Positions 1 through 12,100 of a stretch of DNA of 64,000 nucleotides are shown piece by piece. The first letter of the stretch is position 1, and every line of letters starts with the position of its first letter. The position numbers were made by a program, and so were the translations under genes. The notes below the pieces were generated by a model. The model searched no databases. It saw nothing but the letters and a program-made list of their open reading frames with translations, and had not been told where the DNA came from. The stretch is from NCBI GenBank assembly GCA_043228905.1, contig JBHGNT010000009.1:21886001-21950000 (forward strand), read 5' to 3'. This DNA comes from Azolla caroliniana (lineage: Eukaryota; Plantae; Polypodiophyta).

Positions 1-113
1 ACGTAATTTACCCGACTCTGTCCAGCCTCAGTCACATCGAACCCAAGCTAATGAAATTTCTAACCCGGCTCTTTCCAACCTTTATCACGTCTAACCTGGG
101 CCAATAAAATTTA

Positions 114-426
114 GGGAAAAGTACTAGGATACCCCTGGAAGTTCATCTATTTACCAAAATGCCCCTGGAAGTTCCAAATTTACCAAACTACCCCTATGTC
201 CAAAAAATTACACTTTATAAAGTAATTATACACTCAAATCTTTGGTAAATAGGGCTAGTTCGGGTTCATTTCTTCCATCTTTGGTAAATTGGGCGTGTAG
301 ATTTGAGTGTATAATTACTTTAAAGAGTGTAATTTTTTGGATATAGGGGTAGTTTGGTAGATTTGGAACTTAACGGGGCATTCTGGTAAATAGACAAACT
401 TCCAGGGGTATCTTGGTACTTTTCCC
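114..426. mobile_element. Mutator-type MITE with long terminal inverted repeats and 9-bp TSD
   Basis: Begins GGGAAAAGTACTAGGATACCCCTGGAAGT and ends ACTTCCAGGGGTATCTTGGTACTTTTCCC. Imperfect inverted arms of about 125 bp (114-240 vs about 300-426). Flanked by the direct repeat TAAAATTTA at 105-113 and 427-435. A partial third TIR copy lies at 459-482. Confidence 0.85.
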
Positions 427-544
427 TAAAATTTATAATTGGACGGATAAATTTGCATCCAGGGGTATCTTGGTACTTTTCCATCTAACTTGGTGAACTA
501 AGAAAAAAGTGATGAGAGAGAGAGAGAGAGAAATAGTGCCCAGA

Positions 545-615
545 TGGATGTAGGTCAGTTGGTAAGGTTGCCCAATGGAGACCAGGTGGTCATGGGTTCA
601 ACCCCTACATTCCAC
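545..615 (+). other. tRNA-derived (SINE-head-like) sequence with Pol III A and B boxes
   Basis: A-box-like TAGGTCAGTTGG (551-562) and B-box-like GGTTCAACCCC (595-605) at tRNA spacing. The cloverleaf is degenerate, so this is not a functional tRNA call. Confidence 0.55.
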
Positions 616-671
616 AGTGGCATCTAGTGAAATAGAGATATATATGAAGTATATAATAGAGAGGTGAGGAA

Positions 672-734
672 ATTGGGTTTCGAACCCAAGACACAGTGCT
701 TGTAGTGTTATCGACTTACCACTGGGGTAAGCTA
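672..734 (-). other. tRNA-derived sequence with T-arm/B box, convergent with the 545-615 unit
   Basis: Minus strand reads TAGCTTACCCCAGTGGTAAG...TTGGG-TTCGAAA-CCCAA, a perfect 5-bp T-stem with a 7-nt loop. Confidence 0.5.
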
Positions 735-1035
735 ATTACGATAAAAAAAGAGAGAGAAATAGTAGCGATTATGGATGGTGGTGTTTTTTTGTTTCGTTTC
801 TGTCAGTAGCAAAAAAATGATCGTCATGTGGCAAGTGGTATTTGTGTAGTTTTTCTTCGAATCCATGAATGGAAAAAGATTATATGTTGTGCCCCTAGAT
901 TTTGGGTGTCTTGAAAACCACAAAAACACGGTTGGAAACAAGAGAATTGAGACAAAAAGAAGATGATTCTTTATCAAGTGAGAGAGGTACAAGTTTACAA
1001 CCATCCCACCATTGGGACAAAAACACAAAAGAGGG

Positions 1036-1039
<4 letters not shown>

Positions 1040-1096
<57 letters not shown>
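1040..1096. repeat. (GA)n microsatellite abutting the LINE 3' end
   Basis: Pure GA run. Confidence 0.95.
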
Positions 1097-1099
<3 letters not shown>

Positions 1100-1468
1100 C
1101 TATTATCGTCTTCAGAGGTCAAATATGACCTATGAGACCAAAAATATTACATTTCACGTGATACATGTCAAAGTGAGTAGCAAGTCTCGATGTTCGAGAA
1201 CTTTACCAATGAATGTTGCAATCGAGAGTGCACATTGTGGTTGTGAGAGAAATTCATGCAAAGATTGGTCTTGGTCGAAGATGTGTGGAAAGTTGGTCGA
1301 ATATGATCAAAGGTAGAGCATTGTATCAAAGTGTGATACGTAGACTCTCAGACTTGTTTAGGGCAAAGTGTGCGTAGTCAACCATTCTCATCGCTTGTGC
1401 CCCAACGCCCTATCTCACATCGCAATGCATGTAAGCTAAGTCTCATAGAAGCAATGGTTCGAATGGTA
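1097..1468 (-). mobile_element. 5'-truncated LINE (RTE-X/L2-like) 3' end
   Basis: Aligns along its length with 63277-63650, which encodes the LINE C-terminal RLSSHALRCETGRW...C..C...H....C motif. Flanked by (GA)n on both sides. Confidence 0.8.
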
Positions 1469-1485
1469 GAGAGAGAGAGTGTGTG

Positions 1486-1886
1486 TGTTGAGTGACAAGC
1501 TCAACATTGAGTGCGTAATACGATACGTAATCCAGTGCGTAGACTGGGTGCGTAAAACAATACGCATAACATGGCCGTATCGGTGCGTAAACCTCGTAAG
1601 GAATAATTTTGGGAGTTAGTGTAGTAGGCTCATTTATGAGCATTCAAGAACTGTCAGTACTTGTGTCAGCCCAATTGTCAGGGCTTGTATAAAAGGTGCT
1701 CACTGAGCACGATGTATAGAGAGAGAGTCATTATTTTGAATTGGAGTTTTTCTGTTGTCTGCTCTCTCTCTCTTTGTCTCTCCATCTCCATCTTTGCGTT
1801 TCATGTGTTTTATCAAACTGTCTTATTCCTTCGAACTGTGTACTCTATGTTTACGCACATGCTTCCGCACAACGTATTCTTTTACA
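1486..1886 (+). repeat. 5' LTR of Copia A
   Basis: TGTTGAG...TTTACA; matches 15075-15380; TATAAAA at about 1688; followed by PBS. Confidence 0.9.
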
Positions 1887-1999
1887 TGGTATCAGAGCGC
1901 GAGGGTTGAAGTCCTCTGCAGCCGACAATCGAAAGCTTGCGACAAAACAGAGTTGAAGTTGTTCTTTGTGTTTTTTCGGAAAAGAAAAAGACAGCAAAT

Positions 2000-4900
2000 A
2001 TGGACAGAGGAATGGCTAGCTCGCTCCCGGCGGAGAAGCTCGACAAATCCAACTATGCATCTTGGTCGTACAAGATGCACCAATACCAGCTTGGGCACAA
2101 TTACTGGAGTTATGTCGACGGAGCTAACGACACAACACCTGATGCGGCACACAAGGACTTTCTAGTGTGGGAACAAGCAACAAGCAGAGTGATGTACTGC
2201 TTTGTGTCCAGTGTTGGAGATCAGTTGCGGAGCCATATCCGAGACGCCAAGATGCCAAAGGAAGTTGGGGGAAACTTGAAGAAGGTCTTCGCCGCAAGCA
2301 CTGCAGCCTGGAAGCTGCAACTCCGACAAGAGTTGAGCAATGTCTGACAGAAGGACATGTCGGTGGCTGATTACACGGCCCTTGTGACTCACTTGCCTCT
2401 ATCAATGTTTCTGTGGAGGAAGATGAGATGGTATAGATCTGTCTTGGGGGCCTGACATCTAAGTTCGGAGCATTCCGAATGGTGGTCTGCACGAGGGAGA
2501 ATACGCCTTCGTTTTTTGAGCTTCAGTGCTCCCGGTGGAGAAGCTCGACAGATCCAACTACGCATCTTGGTCGTACAAGATGCACCAATACCAGCTTGGG
2601 CACAATTACTAGAGTTATGTCGACGAAGCTAACGACACAGCACCTGATGCGGCACACAAGGACTTTCTAGTGTGGGAACAAGCAACAAGCAGAGTGATGT
2701 ACTGCTTTGCGTCCAGTGTCGGAGATCAGCTGCGGAACCATATCCGAGACGCCAAGATGCCAAAGGAAGCTTGGGGAAACTTGAAGAAGGTCTTCGCCGC
2801 AAGCACTGCAACCCGGAAGCTGCAACTCCAACTAGAGTTGAGCAATGTCTGAGAGAAGGACATGTCGGTGGTTGATTACACGGCCTCTGTGACTCACTTG
2901 TCTCTATCAATGTTTCTGTGGAGGAAGATGAGATGGTATAGATCTGTCTTGGGGGCCTGGCGTCTGCACGAGGGAGAATACACCTTCGTATTTTGAGCTT
3001 CAGTGAATGTTGCTCGTAGAAGAAAACCACGCGGGTGCATCGATGAGTGCGCACGCTAATGGCAAGATGCTCTACACGAAGGATGATAGGCCTCGTGGTC
3101 GTGGTGGATGAGGCGGATCGGCGCGCAATGGAGGCAGCCGACAAGAGCAGAACAGGCGGCATGGTCGAAACGCTGACAACGATTCCGGACCCTCCACAAG
3201 CAGGGGGAGTCATGGTAGCACCAGAAGTCGGCAAGAGAAGGCTGTGTCTGAATGCTGGTACTATGGCAAGAAAGGCCACAAGGAGAGCGAGTGCTGGAAG
3301 AAACAAGCTGATTCGGACAAAGCGGGATCGAGCGGAAGAGATGCAAGAAGGCGTCAAAAGTCGCACTACGCTGAGGGCTCCAAACGAGTCGAGAATGGAT
3401 CGGGCCCTGCCTTTGTAATGAAGCACAAGGCCAATTCAATGGTCATGAACACCTCGAAATCGAGCGAGGTGTGGTATGTTGATTCTAGAGCGTCAAATCA
3501 TATAACAAGTCACGAGCAATGGTTCTCGTACTTGGAGAAACCGGAATCGCAAGGAGTGGTTGAAACGGGAGACGACACTCCGCATACCATCAAACATGTC
3601 GGCGAAGTTCCCCTCAACCACGTCGGGCAAAAAGGGAAACTTATGAACATGTTGCACGTCCCGACAATAACGAAGAAGTTAGTGTCGGTTGGTCAGATCG
3701 TCGACCAAGGGATGCATGTTCGATTCACGCATCTCGGTTGCTTCATTGAAGAAGAAGGTAAAGTGATCGCGCAAGGGCGCCGTGAAGGGAGGATGTTTGT
3801 CCGCGAAACCAACAATGTTGGCACCGCTATGTTTGCGAAAGGGCAGAAGGTCGAGTCGGACATCGACCTGTGGCACAAACGGTTCAGCCATGTAAATTTC
3901 CCACGGCTTTGTGAGATGTAGACAAAGAACATTGTTTTCGGCTTGCCGAAATTTTGGGGCCGGAATGGTCAAGTTTGCGAAGCCTGTCAGATGGGAAAAC
4001 AATGCCGACTTCCATTCCCCAACGAGCGTAATCATAGTCGAAATCCGCTCGATTTAATCCATTTGGATGTGTGGGGACCGACACAGAACGTGAGTCTTGG
4101 TGGAAGCCGTTACTTTGTAACCTTCATCAACGACTTCACTCGGCACACGTGGGCATGCACAATCGCGAAGAAGAGTGAAGTCTTCGCGTGTTTCTTGAAG
4201 GTGAAGAGTCTTGCGGAAAGGGAAACGAGGCGTAAGATCAAATGCCTACGGTCTGATGGCGGGAAGGAGTACTTCTCTGACCAGTTCACAAGTTAGCTAC
4301 AGAAGGAGGGAATTCAACGTGAATTCTCATGTAGATATACGCCGGAGCAGAATGGTGTAGCCGAAAGGAAGAATTAGATGATTGAAGAAGCGGCCAGGGC
4401 AATGCTTGAAGAGAAGCATATGTCGAAATTCTATTGGGCTGAAGCCGTGAAGACGGCTGTCTACTTGGAGAATTAGACTTCTGCTAATGGAGAAGTGTCG
4501 CCACAAGAGCTATATCTCAGAAAGAAGCCGAACATGGCACATTTGAGGATTTTCGGCAGCATCGCGTATGTGCACATGCCGAAGGAGAAAAGGAGGAAGC
4601 TGGATGCCAAAGCCGAGAAATGTATCTTGGTCGGCTATTCAGACGAGCAGAAGGGGTATAAGTGTTACAACCCCCGAATGAAGGAAGTATGCGTAAGCCG
4701 AGATGTCGTGTTCGACGAGTCCGCTTCGTGGTACTTGCCTTCACCTCCAACTCCTCATGACTCCATTCCAAATTTTGAGGACGACGTTAGCGAGGCCGAA
4801 ATGCCTCCGCACGATGAAGAAATCGGAGCTCTGAGAGAGAGTCCGATCTCATTTCGGCTAAGCAGGCCGAACGAGGGGTTAGGCCGAGATGACCAACTAG

Positions 4901-5859
4901 ATGATGAGACGGTGAGTAGTGGAGACTCGGCCGTGATGTCCCCGCGTAAAGAACCGAGGAGATTGTTTACACGCAAGGAGAAGGGGAAGAAGAAGACGTC
5001 GGAATACGATTTTGGTAGTGTCGAGTCAGTTCGAAGCGAATTTGACCTTGAGCCAATCGGAAAGGAACCTCTACGAAAGAGGTTGAAATTGGCTGAAAAG
5101 GCCGTTAAATCGGGTAATCACGATTTACGCCAATCTACCCGCAAAAAGAACCCCGTAAAGAGGTACGGGTATAATGAATACATGGCTCACCATTATGCGT
5201 ATATGACGTGAGTGGCGGAAGTGCGTGAGCCGGAGAGCTACACAGAAGCGGCGAAATACGCAAATTGGCGTCCCACGATGGAGGAAGAGATGCGCGCCTT
5301 AACGCAGAACGAGACATGGGACCTGGTTGACACACCGAAGGGTGTGAAGCCGATTGGCTGCCAGTGGGTGTATAAAGTGAAATACAACACAAATAGCTCC
5401 GTCAACCGCTACAAGGCTCGTTTAGTAGTTAAAGGCTACACGCAGAAGCAAGGCGTGGACTATGATGAGACCTTCGTGCCTGTTGCGAAGATGACTATTG
5501 TGCGAGTCCTGCTAGCCGTAGCAGCGGCAAAGGGGTGGCACTTACATTAGATGGATGTAAAGAATGTGTTCCTATAAGGCGATCTTGAGGAACAGGTGTA
5601 CATGGTACAACCCCCCGGATTTCTATCCGAACAAAACACCTCGGCAGTTTGCTGATTGAAGAAGTCCTTATACACTAAAGCAAGCCCCGCGAGATTGGAA
5701 CGCAAAGATTACGCAACAGTTGTGTAGGATGGGGTTTGTGCCGTCGAAATTAGACTCTTCTCTATTTGTTTGGCAAGGTCAATATGGACCAATCAACCTG
5801 CTCTTGTATGTTGACGATTTAGTCATCGTCGGTGCCAACCTTGATGAAATCTGCCGCGT
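2000..5859 (+). pseudogene. Copia A gag-pol 5' part (Gag with internal ~500-bp duplication, zinc knuckle, protease, GAG-pre-integrase, integrase, RT start)
   Basis: ORF fragments NYASWSYKM, CWYYGKKGHKESEC, WYVDSRASNH, LWHKRFSH, IHLDVWGP, LRSDGGKEY, YKARLVVKGY; many stops and frameshifts. Confidence 0.9.
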
Positions 5860-6838
5860 TGTCGTGAAGATTTTCGGCAATAGTGTGAAAATCCCATAAA
5901 ACGTACAAAATCGAGTATGAATCATGTAATACAATAATTGTGAAGATAACATTTTTAATATCTAAGTACAAAATGATGGAGGTTTCGAATGCACTTTATT
6001 ACACGAGAAATGGACAACTAAATGTCAAGATATGAGGGTATAAAGTTTGTGAAAAGAAAAGAGAAAATTGTGAGATATCCCACATAGGCACGACAAATAC
6101 GGCTCTCATCATATATAAGGTGGAGCAAAAGATATTATCTTTGTGTCTATGTGTGGAGCATAGAGAGTTCAAGGTAACTTGAACTTAGAATGGAGGTGGC
6201 GAGGTACTCGAAAAGGGTTTTGGCCAACCAAAACCGGACCGGCGATGGAGCCGGTGATCCGACGGCATCCGACCGGTATCCGGCGGCGGCATGCGGCACC
6301 GGTATCCGGCGACGGCATCCGGCGAACCGGCGACTAGATAAAATAAATATATAAAAATATATACATATTTAGGAGGGCAAGTATGGATTTGAACCTTGCA
6401 CCTCCAAGTTAGGAGTCAAATGGCTTACCATTAAGCCATAGTATTTAGTTGAAATTATATTTCTATCATTGTACTTTTACATGTAAATTCTCATCCATGA
6501 GTGCTAAAATGAGTGACATGGTTAGCATGCACCACATGTAATACTTAAGCGCCAAATGGCAAACATGCAATTTATGCATGTCTTGTACCCTGACATGCAT
6601 CATATGCATGAGAGCATCTATAAAAGAGGGAAGGGGGAGGAGAAAAACACGGTTTTTTTTATGAAAATTAAGAACAAGAAATTCGTTATCAAATCAATTG
6701 TGTAATCTCATCTTCTCTCTTTCCCAATCTATCTTAAGTGCTTTCTCGCCAAAGCTTGTATCGACTCTAAATCCTTCTGGTCCAGAACCCCGGCGGTTCC
6801 GCCTCACGATCCGCGCGTAGTGATGGATCTTCACGACA
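5860..6838 (+). repeat. 5' LTR of Gypsy 1
   Basis: Near-identical to 12662-13748 apart from a 108-bp length difference in a GC-rich repeat; TATAAAA at about 6619. Confidence 0.95.
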
Positions 6839-6846
6839 TAATAAAG

Positions 6847-6864
6847 TGGTGAACCTGACGTGAA
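6847..6864 (+). promoter_or_regulatory. Primer-binding site complementary to the tRNA-Trp 3' end
   Basis: TGGTGAACCTGACGTGAA matches the complement of the plant tRNA-Trp end (...TTCACGTCGGGTTCACCA, recalled from memory) with one G-U pair. Confidence 0.75.
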
Positions 6865-6905
6865 AGAGGCGGTAGGAAGGATCAAGTCGAGATTAATACT
6901 TGGAG

Positions 6906-9104
6906 ATGGCGTCCTCAAGCAACCAAGCAGGAGAGCTCGAAAGGATGATGCTAGTCGTCGAGCAAATGATGAGATCTCGGGACAACGACGCGAGCGTGGA
7001 GAAGGCTGTCGATCGTGTCGTAGAGCTCGAGGGCCAATTCGATGGAAGGAACGTTACGAAGTTCCTTGATGCATATAAGAGGGAGATGAATCAAAGGGAC
7101 GTGTCCGAGGCACGTCAAATCGCAAGCTTCAAGAGAGTTGTCGCCAACAACATCCAAAGACGCGTCATCGAGCTTCAAGAAGGAAAGACAACAGGGTCCG
7201 AGTTCGAGAAAACGATACTAGCGGAGTTCGTGACTGAAGACTCAACGAGGATGACTCGACATGCCCTGATGAAGTGGATAGAGAAGAAGAATAAGAAGAT
7301 GAGCGTCTCGAGGGTGTACGACGAATTCGACCAGATGTTTAGTCGTCTCCCCAATACGGACCAAGTATTGCTTGAAGAGGACAAGACTTTGTACTTCTTG
7401 AAGGCCGTGGACATAAAGGATAGACGGGAGTTGGGGACTCTTCTTGAAGATGATACCCAAGCAAATGGGCTCGTAGCGGACTGGATCGCGGTGAAGCGGG
7501 CATGCAATAGGCTCGACAAGCGTCGCCAATGGGTTGATGACACCGACTTGATGGGATCGACTACCACGGAGAAAGCAAGACCGCCGAAAGTAGCTGAGCC
7601 GCCGAGACAAAGTAACATGGAAGAAAAGAAGATTGATGACGACATCATTGAAGAGCTAGCGAAGAAGTTCGAGAAGGTCACGCTAGCCAACATGAATCGT
7701 CGGGGCCCTAAAGGAAAAGAACCCTTTAGATGCGTGTGGTGCGATAGCATGGACCACATGAGAAGGGATTGTACGAGCCTTCGAGAGGCGATTCGATAAA
7801 ATATCGTATACATAGAGGACAACATGATCTGCTCAAGCGAGACTAGAAGACCCCTACGGGTGAATTTCGGAAGAGGAGGAATGAAGAAATCTATGGAGGA
7901 TGCCGATGCGACTCATGTGGATGCGATGCACTATGCTGCGTCGGCCGGAATAAGAGTCGGGAAAGACAAGACTGAAGCTGCTAGAGCGGGAGCAAAGTTT
8001 TGGACTTCCGTTCTCGAATATGAGAAGAAGGGTAAAGTCACATCGAACGAGGTAGAGCTTGCGGACCGAAGCGTGCAAAACATAACCGGGTGGTCGGATC
8101 CGGTGGACGACAACACCATACTTGCAGAGGTGATGTGCGACAACCACGAGGTGTTCGTCGAAGAAAAGAGAAAGAGAATAGAAGAGCAAGGGCCATCAAA
8201 AAGACATGAAACAAGGAACGCGAAAAAGAAGGACGATGCGGAGACGAGTCGACCTTTACAAACGGAGGAATGAGAATCAAGCCGAAAAGGGGAGCCGAGC
8301 ATACGAGTTGAAGAAACGGTTCGGCCCGTGAAGGTTGGTGTCGAAGACCCCGCTCGGAGGACAAGGACCATACCTACCTATAAGCTAAGGTCGGACATAG
8401 AGCAGACGACGGACCTAAAGAAGATTCTCGAAGAAAGAGTTCTTGATAGCCACGTAACTTTGTCCTTGAGGGAATTGCTTGGCATTACGAAGAAGGAGTT
8501 CCATGACACGATCGTGGACCTTGTAAAGAGAAAGAGACAACAATCGGACGAGGAAGAAGACAAGCCGCAAAAAGCAAAAACGAATGCCATAACGATGGCA
8601 AGAGACGAAATCGATGAAGATATGGTGGACAGCCACTACACTCGACCTCATTGGGCACGAGCGACAACGGAGACGCCGGTGAAGATCGGGGAGAAGAAAG
8701 AGACCGTCGTAGCCTTGATCGACCACGGCTCGGAGATCAACCTCATGTCAACCGACTTCTACAAAAAGGGAAGATGGCCAATCAATACAAACCACGGATG
8801 AAAGATTCGCACGGCAACAAAGTCTACGGAGGACTTGTACGGAGCTTGTCCCAATGTCAAAGTCACGATCGGGGATGTGGAGATGGATCAACACTTCTTC
8901 GTACAAGAATCGGCGTCGCATCCTGTCATCCTAGGGCAACCTTATATCACATCATCTCGGATGGAGACCAAAGTGTTCGATAATGGAGCAGCCTTCGCAC
9001 GAATAAAGAGTCTTGACAACCAAAGATCGGTCCAATTCCTAACAGTGCGAGCCAATCATGAAAGGAATTGAGATAGTCTCGGAGGCGAATCCTCGGATTT
9101 TTAG
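6906..9104 (+). pseudogene. Gypsy 1 Gag-protease ORF, broken by in-frame stops
   Basis: Same-frame ORF pieces 6900-7799, 7824-8273, 8328-8801, 8835-9071. CCHC-like CVWCDSMDHMRRDC; protease ALIDHGSEIN...VILGQPY. Confidence 0.85.
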
Positions 9105-12100
9105 AGTGGACTATTGAAGCATGGGGCACAAATAGTCCGAGCAATCACAAGACCCCACAAGAAAGAAGAGTGCGTGGATTGCAAGGAGAAGCAACATGTG
9201 TCACACCTAGTGGCGCATGTAAACTAGTATTACCCGACAAGAAGCACAAGCGCCGGATACAAGAATTCGAGAAGATGCTGAAAGAAGAGAATATAATAGA
9301 AGAAGGGGAGTTCGTGACTCATATTATGGAAGAAGCCTCATTTAACGACACCATCGGCGAAATCGAGGACGTCGTGGACTTGAGCTATCTTCACAACCAA
9401 TGCGTGATTTCGGTTAACTCCGTCAACATGTACGCTATCATCGATGAATACCGTCGTGGCATCTCGATGAAGGAAGCTGACATCAACACGAAATATAAAA
9501 CGGTGGATAAGAAGATCAAGCCAGTTGCGGTTCCGCTACCGGAAGATAGCTGGCAAAAGATGAAGGAAGTCACTAACGATCCAAGCTTAAGAGATCCGAA
9601 GAAGATAGGTCATGACTTCACCAAAGAGACGAAGGGGAAGCTACGAGTTGGAAAGGAGGATTTCCTTCACCCTGAAGAGGAGCGAATGTTTCGCGATATG
9701 CAAGAGAGACATGGGAAGGCTTTCGCATTCTTCCCACGAGAAATCGGATGCGCCGACCCAAAGGTTATAGAGCCAATGGTGATCTTCACGGTGCCTCATG
9801 TGCCTTGGAATTTGAAACCGATACCGGTTCCGAGAGCACACCTTCCGAAGCTGATCGAGCTCTTAAAGGAGAAGGTGAGTATGGGAATTCTAGAACCGTC
9901 GAATGCTCCTTATTCCAATAGGTGGTTCACGGTGCCGAAGAAGAATGGATCATTGCGATTCATCCAAGATCTTCAACCCGTCAACAAGGTGACAATTCGA
10001 AATGCCGGAATCGGTCCGAGCGTGGACGAATTTGCCGAAGCGTTTGCAGGCCAGTCCATCTACTCCATTGGCAATCTCTACTCCGGATATGACCAATTCC
10101 AGTTGGCGATCGACAATCGGGACATTACAACCATGAGGACTCCGATCGGGCTTGTGCGGATGTGTACCTTACCCCAAGGCGCAACGAACTCGGTGGCTCA
10201 TATGGTGAATGCCATGAATAAAGTCTTGAAGGATTGCATTCCGGACATCACGATGCCATTCTTGGATGATATTCCGATAAAAGGATGTTCGGATGAGGAG
10301 AAAGATGAATCGAAAGATAAGGAAGGTTGTAGAAAGTTCGTTGCGGATCATATGAAAGATTGCGCGAAGGTGCTTCAAAGGCTCAAAGATGCGAATTTGA
10401 CATTTTCGGGAGAAAAATCCTCATTCGGGCAACCAGAGATCTTGGTGGTAGGTCACTTGTGTGGAGCATACGGCCGGAGGCCCTCGCCATCCAAAGTGAA
10501 CGCAATCCAAGACATGAAAGAAGAATGCGAAAACCAAACGGAGGTTCGAAGGTTCCTTGGAGCGTGCGCGTTTTATCATATATGGATTCCTCACTACGCT
10601 CATGTCGCCGAACCGTTATATGGACTACTAAAGAAAAGAATAAAGTTCGAATGGCGAGACGAGCACACAGAGGCGATGCGAAGATTAAAGAAACTGCTTC
10701 TTGAAGCTCCGGCACTAAGGAAGGCCGACTATGCCGAAGGGAAACCAATTTATGTGACCGTAGATACGAGCCCAACCGGAATCGGGTGGGTCATCAATCA
10801 AGAAGGTGAAGATAATGCGCGATATGCCGTCCGGTTCGGAGCAAAGGTTCTCAGCGAACGACAACAAAGATATGCCCAAGTCAAGCGGGAACTTTGGGGT
10901 ATTGTGTCGGCAGTGAAGATGGACAAAGATTACTTGATCGGATCAGAAGTGATAATAGAGACAGATTGTCTCCCAATTCTCGGAATGGTCTCAGGATGTG
11001 CGACCCCAGATCTTGCTATGCTAAGGTGGATCGCCTACATCAAGTCTTTAAACCCAGAGATCCGTCACATCGCAGGGAAGAAGAACGCCAAGGCTGACAT
11101 GCTGTCGAGGGCAAGATTTTCAAATGGAAGTAACATGGTTTCGGAAGATGAAGATGTCGCCCTCGACTTCTTCAAGATGGCTCGATTGTCGGCGGAAGAC
11201 CAGGACACACAAACCCTCCACGCCTTCAACGAGAACGAGTACGAAGGAGAATGGTTACTCATCGGTAGATTCCTAAGAACATTGACGACAGATGCTTCGT
11301 TGACAAAGGAGGAGGCCCTACGAATCCGAAAGAAAGCTTACCGATACTTCTTGAAGGGAGGATTCCTTTGGCGACATCCAAAAAGAAGGACAGGAATACC
11401 ACGTCGAGTGGTGGTAAAGAAAGAAGAGCAAGAGACGCTGATGACCGAATTCCACGAGAGTGCTTGGGCAGGTCATAGAGGAACATGGGCGACGTTCGAA
11501 AAGTTGAAGGAGAAGTACTGGTGGCCAAGCATGTACAAAGATGTACTCCATTTCGTGTCCACATGCGAAACTTGCCAAGTATATTCAAATATACGTCATC
11601 GTGATGAGTTAAAGCCGACATACCCACTCACCATTCACTTCAAATGGATGGTGGATCTGGTCTCGATGCCAATGGGAGTGGGACAAATGAAGTACTTAGC
11701 GCTCGCAAGGGAAGACTTGACAAATCAAGTGGAAGGACGAGCCTTGACAAATAAGACGACTTCAGCCGTTTGTAAATTTTTACTTGAAGATGTTGTTTGC
11801 CGATATGGATGTGTAGGGAAGATAGTGGCCGACCGAGGGGAGTTGGATGCACACGAAGCGACGGAGCTCTTCGAAAGACTAGGTGTGAAGCTCTCCCTCA
11901 CGACTGCCTACAATCCGGAAGCAAATGGGAAGATCGAGCGAGGGCATGGACCTATCGTTAAAGCCATCGTACGGGCATGCAACGGTCGAGTCGGGAATTG
12001 GCCACGACTATTACCCTATGCCTTGTGGGCCGATAGAACGACACATAGCTCGGTGACAGGGTATATGCCGACGGAGCTTATGTATGGACAAAAGCCGATT

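Noticed and set aside
895-1316. ORFs with ER/SL dipeptide runs
   Set aside because: Translations of the (GA)n microsatellite and the antisense strand of a LINE.
6372-6445. Functional tRNA-Arg gene (and the other tRNA-like units as true tRNA genes)
   Set aside because: No paired acceptor stem and poor anticodon stems, so they are reported only as A/B-box modules.
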